NCBI GenBank assembly: GCA_964482195.1
Contig: CAYZWL010000003.1
Location: forward strand, 6,643-70,642
Source of the DNA: an uncultured Alteromonadaceae bacterium
Lineage (GTDB): Bacteria > Pseudomonadota > Gammaproteobacteria > Pseudomonadales > Halieaceae
Length of the DNA: 64,000 nucleotides
Direction: 5' to 3'
Below are positions 59,568 through 64,000 of this stretch, one piece after another. The translations under genes and the position numbers were made by a program. Each line of letters starts with the position of its first letter. Position 1 is the stretch's first letter. The notes below the pieces were generated by a model. The model was not told the DNA's origin, did not search any database, and saw only the letters and a list, made by a program, of their open reading frames with translations.

Positions 59568-60170
59568 ATGCAGGCAGCAATGACCCGGCGGTCGCTTTGG
59601 ATCGCCGCCATCTCAGTGTTAGTGGTGGCGCTCGGTGGCTGTTCAACCGCCCAAGTAGACCGTGGCGATCCCTCGGCTTTCGCCGCCAAAGGCTATCGCA
59701 CCTACAACTGGAATTACGCCCAGGTAGAGCCGCTGCCCTCGGACACCAGCGCCTACACCACCATGGCGCCGATCTTTCGTGAAGAAATGAACCGCGCGCT
59801 CGCAAATCTGGGCTATCGCGAAGTTGAGCAAGGTGGCCAGTTTGTGGTCAGTCTGCAGTTCAAGCGTAGCCTTGCCGACGGCGTGGTCTCGATTGAAAAA
59901 GACCCAAATCCCGTGGTGCCCCGCGTGGTGTTAAACCGCGACCCGGATCAGGCCTCTTTGGACAATGCCCAGGCACTGGCCGGGGTCAGGCAGCTCAACA
60001 ACGTACTGATCCAGTTTGACGATGCCAGCGATGGTGGCCTGTTGTGGGCTGCGGCGGTCTCCCGGGTCCAGGAAACCGCCAATATCAACGAACTCGATCC
60101 CGAACAAGTTCGTCGCAATGCCCGCCAGACCCTGCGCCGTGTCATGAGTCAGCTGCCGCTTGCACCCTAA
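59568..60170 (+). CDS. hypothetical lipoprotein (DUF4136-like)
   Basis: AGGAGA RBS. ATG 59568. Lipobox VALGGC. No catalytic motifs. Confidence 0.5.
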   Translation: MQAAMTRRSLWIAAISVLVVALGGCSTAQVDRGDPSAFAAKGYRTYNWNYAQVEPLPSDTSAYTTMAPIFREEMNRALANLGYREVEQGGQFVVSLQFKRSLADGVVSIEKDPNPVVPRVVLNRDPDQASLDNAQALAGVRQLNNVLIQFDDASDGGLLWAAAVSRVQETANINELDPEQVRRNARQTLRRVMSQLPLAP

Positions 60171-60173
60171 AAG

Positions 60174-61142
60174 TCAGGGCCGGGAATAAACCTCAGGGTT
60201 GGCGCAAAAAGGCAGTGGCTCGCCGCTGACACCAGCGAGTAAATTCTGCAAGGCGCGTTCCAGCATGGCACCCCGGGTCGCCGCGGTGGCGCTGCCCAGA
60301 TGGGGGACCAGGACCACGTTATCAAGCCCAAACAACGGGCTATCGGTCGCTGGTGGTTCCCGGGCAAACACATCGAGGCCTGCCTTCAGACGGCCTGATT
60401 GCAACTCGGCAACCAAGGCAGGCTCATCCACCAGCCCACCCCGTGCGGTGTTGATCAGTGTTGCGCCATCGCGCATGGTCGCCAGACGATCAGCACTGAC
60501 AAGACCACGGGTTTGCTCGGTGAGCGCCGTATGCAACGAGACAATATCTGCCGCCGCGAATAAGGCATCGAGCTCAAGCCACTCCACCCCGGGGATGTCA
60601 CGCGGCGTACGATTCCACGCGACGACCCGAGTACCGAAACCCGCCAGTCGGCGTGCCACCGCCTGGCCAATCGGCCCCATGCCCACCAGGCCAACCGTGG
60701 CACGACTCAGGTCGGTGCCGAGAAAAAACCCCGCATCCCACCCGGTCTGCCAGCCTCCCTGACGCATAAAGCGGTCGGCCTCGGCAATACGTCGCGTACT
60801 CGCGAGCATCAAAGCCAATGCCATGTCCGCGGTACTATCCACCAACACGCCCGGAGTGTGGCCAATCGGCAAGCCCGCCACTGTCGCCGCATGCAGATCG
60901 ATATGATCAACCCCGACGGAGATACTCGACACGACTTTCAGCGATGGAAAGCGGCTGATCGTATCGGCGGAAAACTGCGTACCGAGTGAACAGAGCACCC
61001 CATCCGCTCCGGCAAGCCACTCGTGTAGGGTGTCGACAGGCATGGCACTGGACTGGTCCCAGACGCGCAACGCCAGCGGCCCGTCGACCGCAGCGAGAGC
61101 TTCCCTGGGTAGTGGCAGGGTGACAACAACAGCTGGGGGCAT
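60174..61142 (-). CDS. D-isomer-specific 2-hydroxyacid dehydrogenase (glyoxylate/hydroxypyruvate reductase-like)
   Basis: VGLVGMGPIGQAVARRL NAD-binding motif, INTARGGLVDEPAL and PHLGSAT. Confidence 0.85.
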   Translation of the reverse strand: MPPAVVVTLPLPREALAAVDGPLALRVWDQSSAMPVDTLHEWLAGADGVLCSLGTQFSADTISRFPSLKVVSSISVGVDHIDLHAATVAGLPIGHTPGVLVDSTADMALALMLASTRRIAEADRFMRQGGWQTGWDAGFFLGTDLSRATVGLVGMGPIGQAVARRLAGFGTRVVAWNRTPRDIPGVEWLELDALFAAADIVSLHTALTEQTRGLVSADRLATMRDGATLINTARGGLVDEPALVAELQSGRLKAGLDVFAREPPATDSPLFGLDNVVLVPHLGSATAATRGAMLERALQNLLAGVSGEPLPFCANPEVYSRP

Positions 61143-61154
61143 AGGGCTCTCCGC

Positions 61155-61865
61155 ATGGCAAAACAGGCAGAGGACACCTTGGACCTAATGACCAACGAAA
61201 ACCAGCTCAACACCGATCTGACCCGGATCTTGGCCATCGATACCGGTGAGATGGACTGGGCGCCGAGCCCTGCACCCGGCGTGATGCGCAAACGCCTGTT
61301 TCGCAATGGCCCCGCGGAGTCTGGCCGGGTGACATCGCTGGTCAGCTATGCCCCGGGTTCCCAGTTTCCCAGCCACCCCCACCCTGAAGGGGAAGAGATT
61401 TACGTGCTGTCAGGCGTATTCAGCGACGCAAGAGGTGATTGGCCGGCGGGCAGCTACCTGCTGAACCCCGAGGGCTTTGTACACAGTCCAGGCAGCGCGC
61501 CCGGCTGCGAGTTGTTTGTGCGACTGCGTCAGGCACCGGGCACGGATCGACACCAGGTGGGCATGCTGGTAGCCGAGCAGCAGTGGCGAGCAGATAAAAC
61601 CATGGACCATTGCGCACTGTGGTCACAGGCTGGGCACGAAGATGTGATGCGGCTCGAGCGCTGGCATAACGCCAGCGAATTGGCGGCGCGGGACGCACCG
61701 CTCGGTTTTGAATACCTCATACTCGAGGGCAGCCTGGCACTGGGCGAGCGCGAATACGGTCAATACAGCTTTTTCCGCGTACCCGCTAACCAGTGCCTGC
61801 CTGTGACCAGCAGCGAGGCCGTCACCCTGCTGGTCCGCGAGGGCGGTTTTGCCCTCATGCAATAA
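61155..61865 (+). CDS. cupin-domain protein (ChrR C-terminal-like cupin)
   Basis: SHPHPEGEEIYVLSGVFSD cupin motif and a second degenerate cupin half. No N-terminal zinc anti-sigma motif. The start could alternatively be ATG 61188. Confidence 0.6.
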   Translation: MAKQAEDTLDLMTNENQLNTDLTRILAIDTGEMDWAPSPAPGVMRKRLFRNGPAESGRVTSLVSYAPGSQFPSHPHPEGEEIYVLSGVFSDARGDWPAGSYLLNPEGFVHSPGSAPGCELFVRLRQAPGTDRHQVGMLVAEQQWRADKTMDHCALWSQAGHEDVMRLERWHNASELAARDAPLGFEYLILEGSLALGEREYGQYSFFRVPANQCLPVTSSEAVTLLVREGGFALMQ

Positions 61866-61880
61866 GGTTGGACTGGCGGC

Positions 61881-62645
61881 TCAAATCGTCATGCCGCCGT
61901 CGACAACAATGCACTCGCCGTTGGTGTAGCTGGAAGCATCTGAGGCCAGGTACAGCACCGTGCCCGCCATCTCATCGGGTTGCGCCTCGCGACCCAGCGG
62001 GATTCGGCTCTGCCACTCGCTGGCGATCTCTTCGTTTTCGAACAGGGCGCCGGCAAACTGGGTGCGGGTGAGGCCGGGCAACAGCGCGTTGCAGCGAATA
62101 CCAAGACCACCACATTCCTTCGCGAAAGCCTTGGTCATGTTGATGACTGCCGCCTTGGTGATCGAATACACACCCTGGTAGATCCCCGGCTGAAGTCCGT
62201 TGATGGATGCGGTATTGATAATGACGCCCTTACCCGCGTCGCGCATCAATTTGCCCGCCTCGATGGACATGAAGAAATAACCGCGAATGTTGACGTCGAC
62301 CGTTTTGGTGTAGGCACCAAGATCCGTATCGAGAATGTGGCCAAAGTAAGGATTGGTCGCCGCATTGTTCACACAGATATCCAGGCGCCCATGGCGCTCT
62401 CGGATGTGGGCGAAGGTCTTGGAAATGTCTTCCATGCTGCCGATATGGCAGGCGACTGCCTCGGCGCTGTGGCCGGCCTCGCGAATACTGCTGGCTACCG
62501 CCTCACAACCATCAATCTTGCGGCTGCTGACGATGACATGTGCGCCCTGTTCAGCCAGCAGTCGTGCAATGCTCTCGCCGATACCTCGGCTCGCACCAGT
62601 AACCAGCGCGATGCGCCCAGTGAGATCAAACAGGGAAGTGCTCAT
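61881..62645 (-). CDS. SDR-family oxidoreductase
   Basis: TGASRGIG, NNAA and YSITKAAV (YxxxK). Confidence 0.9.
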   Translation of the reverse strand: MSTSLFDLTGRIALVTGASRGIGESIARLLAEQGAHVIVSSRKIDGCEAVASSIREAGHSAEAVACHIGSMEDISKTFAHIRERHGRLDICVNNAATNPYFGHILDTDLGAYTKTVDVNIRGYFFMSIEAGKLMRDAGKGVIINTASINGLQPGIYQGVYSITKAAVINMTKAFAKECGGLGIRCNALLPGLTRTQFAGALFENEEIASEWQSRIPLGREAQPDEMAGTVLYLASDASSYTNGECIVVDGGMTI

Positions 62646-62687
62646 GTTGTTGTCCTTTTGGTGAATACAAAATACAGGGGCATATCG

Positions 62688-63893
62688 TTATTGAGGGTCA
62701 CCGGCCTCGCCATATCGTCGTCCATCGAAGAAAGACCAGAGGATTAACACAGCCAGAACCACGGCCAGGGAAATCCAGGCACCGGAAAAACCCGCTTGCG
62801 TCAGGACCCAGCTGCTCACCAGCGGCCCCAACACCCGCCCAGCCGCCGCAGAAGAGGCGGTCATGCCCATCATACTGCCTCGCTCATTGGCTGCGACCAC
62901 GCTGCTGGCCATGGTGTTAAGCACCGGTAGCCCCAGCGTGGAACCGGTGAAAACCACCAGCCCCAGAACAACGACGCCCCAGAATGAATCAACCCCCGCG
63001 GCCAACGCGGCCCCCAGGGCAAACACCGACACCCCGACCCGCAACACGGGCAACAGGCCGAAGCGCCGCGTGAGCCAGTGCACCAGACCGCCCTGGAACA
63101 CAATCATGGCGACACCGACCACCCCAAAGAACAATCCGACCTCGCGGGGCCCCCAATTCAGTAGCGCCGCACTCCACAGCGGCAGCAAATAAATCGCCGA
63201 GGTCACCGCCCAGGTATGAATCGCGTACTGCAGGATCAGCAGCCCACTGCGGTCTCGGGCAATCATGCGGCGGAAGCCCAGCTGCGGCTTGCGTTGGATC
63301 TTGCCGTCATCGCACTGGACTTCGGGGCCGGGTAGCAGGACCCGCGCCAGTATCGCCGCCAGCAGCGACATGGCGGAAGCGAATAAACAGGGCAATGCCC
63401 AGGCACCATCATTGCCGGCCAAAACGCCACCGAAAAGCGGGCCCAGCACCAAACCCAGACCGAAAGCCGCACCCACCAGACCCATGGAGCGGGCGCGCTG
63501 GGCCGGCGTGCTGAGATCCGCCATCAATGCCGTCGCCACGGGAAAGTTGCCGGCCACAATGCCTGCGATTGCGCGCGCCAGATAAACCTGCCACAGCGCC
63601 GTCGCCCAGGCCATGACCAGATAGCCGACCGCCCCACCCAGCAGACAGAGCATCAGCACACTGCGGCGACCCATACGATCAGACAACCGCCCCCAGAGTG
63701 GCCCTACCAAACCTGCGGCGACACTGTAGGTCACCATAATGAGCGCGACGTCCTGGGTATCTCCACCCAGTGCCGGCGACATGAACGGCAAAATCGGAAT
63801 AACGATGCCAAAACCAATCGCATCGATAACAACAATGGCAAACACCAGCCAGCGCATATGTGGCTGGGGCGCCTGCTCTGTGGCGGCGTTCAC
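62688..63893 (-). CDS. MFS transporter
   Basis: 12-TM-like 401-aa protein with the GRLSDRMGRR motif A. The GTG start overlaps the upstream stop. Confidence 0.85.
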   Translation of the reverse strand: MNAATEQAPQPHMRWLVFAIVVIDAIGFGIVIPILPFMSPALGGDTQDVALIMVTYSVAAGLVGPLWGRLSDRMGRRSVLMLCLLGGAVGYLVMAWATALWQVYLARAIAGIVAGNFPVATALMADLSTPAQRARSMGLVGAAFGLGLVLGPLFGGVLAGNDGAWALPCLFASAMSLLAAILARVLLPGPEVQCDDGKIQRKPQLGFRRMIARDRSGLLILQYAIHTWAVTSAIYLLPLWSAALLNWGPREVGLFFGVVGVAMIVFQGGLVHWLTRRFGLLPVLRVGVSVFALGAALAAGVDSFWGVVVLGLVVFTGSTLGLPVLNTMASSVVAANERGSMMGMTASSAAAGRVLGPLVSSWVLTQAGFSGAWISLAVVLAVLILWSFFDGRRYGEAGDPQ

Positions 63894-64000
63894 TCCTCGG
63901 TCCAGCGACGGGTCTCGGGGACAGCGATGCCAAACAGGTCGAGAGCACGGGCAACGCTCTGGGTAACGATGTCATCCACCGATTCGGGCGCCGTGTAGAA
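63890..64000 (-). CDS. ubiX: flavin prenyltransferase UbiX, C-terminal 36 codons only (truncated by window edge)
   Basis: The minus-strand translation FYTAPESVDDIVTQSVARALDLFGIAVPETRRWTEE* resembles the conserved UbiX/Pad1 C-terminus. This ORF is not in the supplied track because it lacks a start in the window. Confidence 0.65.
   Translation of the reverse strand, partial: FYTAPESVDDIVTQSVARALDLFGIAVPETRRWTEE

Noticed and set aside
1-64000. Search for mobile elements, CRISPR arrays, tRNA/rRNA genes, toxin-antitoxin pairs or known defence-system components (nucleases, helicases, STAND/AAA ATPases, methyltransferases).
   Set aside because: None was seen in the ORF translations or intergenic regions. 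The window reads as a core metabolic and envelope region, so I make no defence- or mobilome-type claim.

Overview
GC-rich (by eye roughly 60%), gene-dense chromosomal segment with about 55 protein-coding genes. I found no rRNA, tRNA, CRISPR array, transposase, integrase, phage gene or recognisable defence gene. The gene content (two TonB-dependent receptors, BCCT/NhaC/DASS transporters, compatible-solute genes) suggests a marine-type Gammaproteobacterium, but that taxonomic call is inference only.

Gene order:
- 5'-truncated DDAH-superfamily gene, PaaI thioesterase, OmpA-like protein, fasciclin protein, bacterial Coq4 homologue
- secreted M1 aminopeptidase followed by two small membrane ORFs
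- a tightly coupled four-gene minus-strand operon I read as a glucosylglycerate cycle: glycerate kinase, HAD-IIB phosphatase, GpgS-like glycosyltransferase, GH13_18 phosphorylase
- MCP and NhaC
- a 14-kb co-directional plus-strand run: HAD-IB/PlsC fusion with a histone-H1-like Lys/Ala tail, PlsB-like GPAT, GpsA, M48 lipoprotein peptidase, exported M14D-type carboxypeptidase, exported D-aminoacylase, TonB-dependent receptor, DASS symporter, SGNH-like protein
- BCCT transporter
- second TonB-dependent receptor, then TPR-sulfotransferase and MarR
- valine-catabolism genes (acyl-CoA dehydrogenase, enoyl-CoA hydratase, 3-hydroxyisobutyryl-CoA hydrolase, MmsB), then CaiB-type CoA-transferase, LuxR-type regulator and class-III aminotransferase
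- a block of two paralogous DUF2878-like membrane proteins, a chalcone-isomerase-like protein and a DUF3833-like lipoprotein flanking a GlpD-like oxidoreductase and an MBL hydrolase
- assorted redox and housekeeping genes: esterase, Fe-ADH, quinone oxidoreductase, PQQ sugar dehydrogenase, short RNase J-like protein, DUF481-like outer-membrane protein, Gor, TauE, GhrB-like dehydrogenase, cupin, SDR, MFS, partial UbiX

Nothing here is an unambiguous new system. The four best candidates for follow-up are:
1. the HAD-PlsC(+H1-like tail)/PlsB-like/GpsA module
2. the glucosylglycerate synthesis-plus-phosphorolysis operon
3. the exported carboxypeptidase/D-aminoacylase/TBDR/DASS locus
4. the TBDR/TPR-sulfotransferase/MarR string

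All functional calls rest on motif recognition by eye in the supplied translations. No database search was run.
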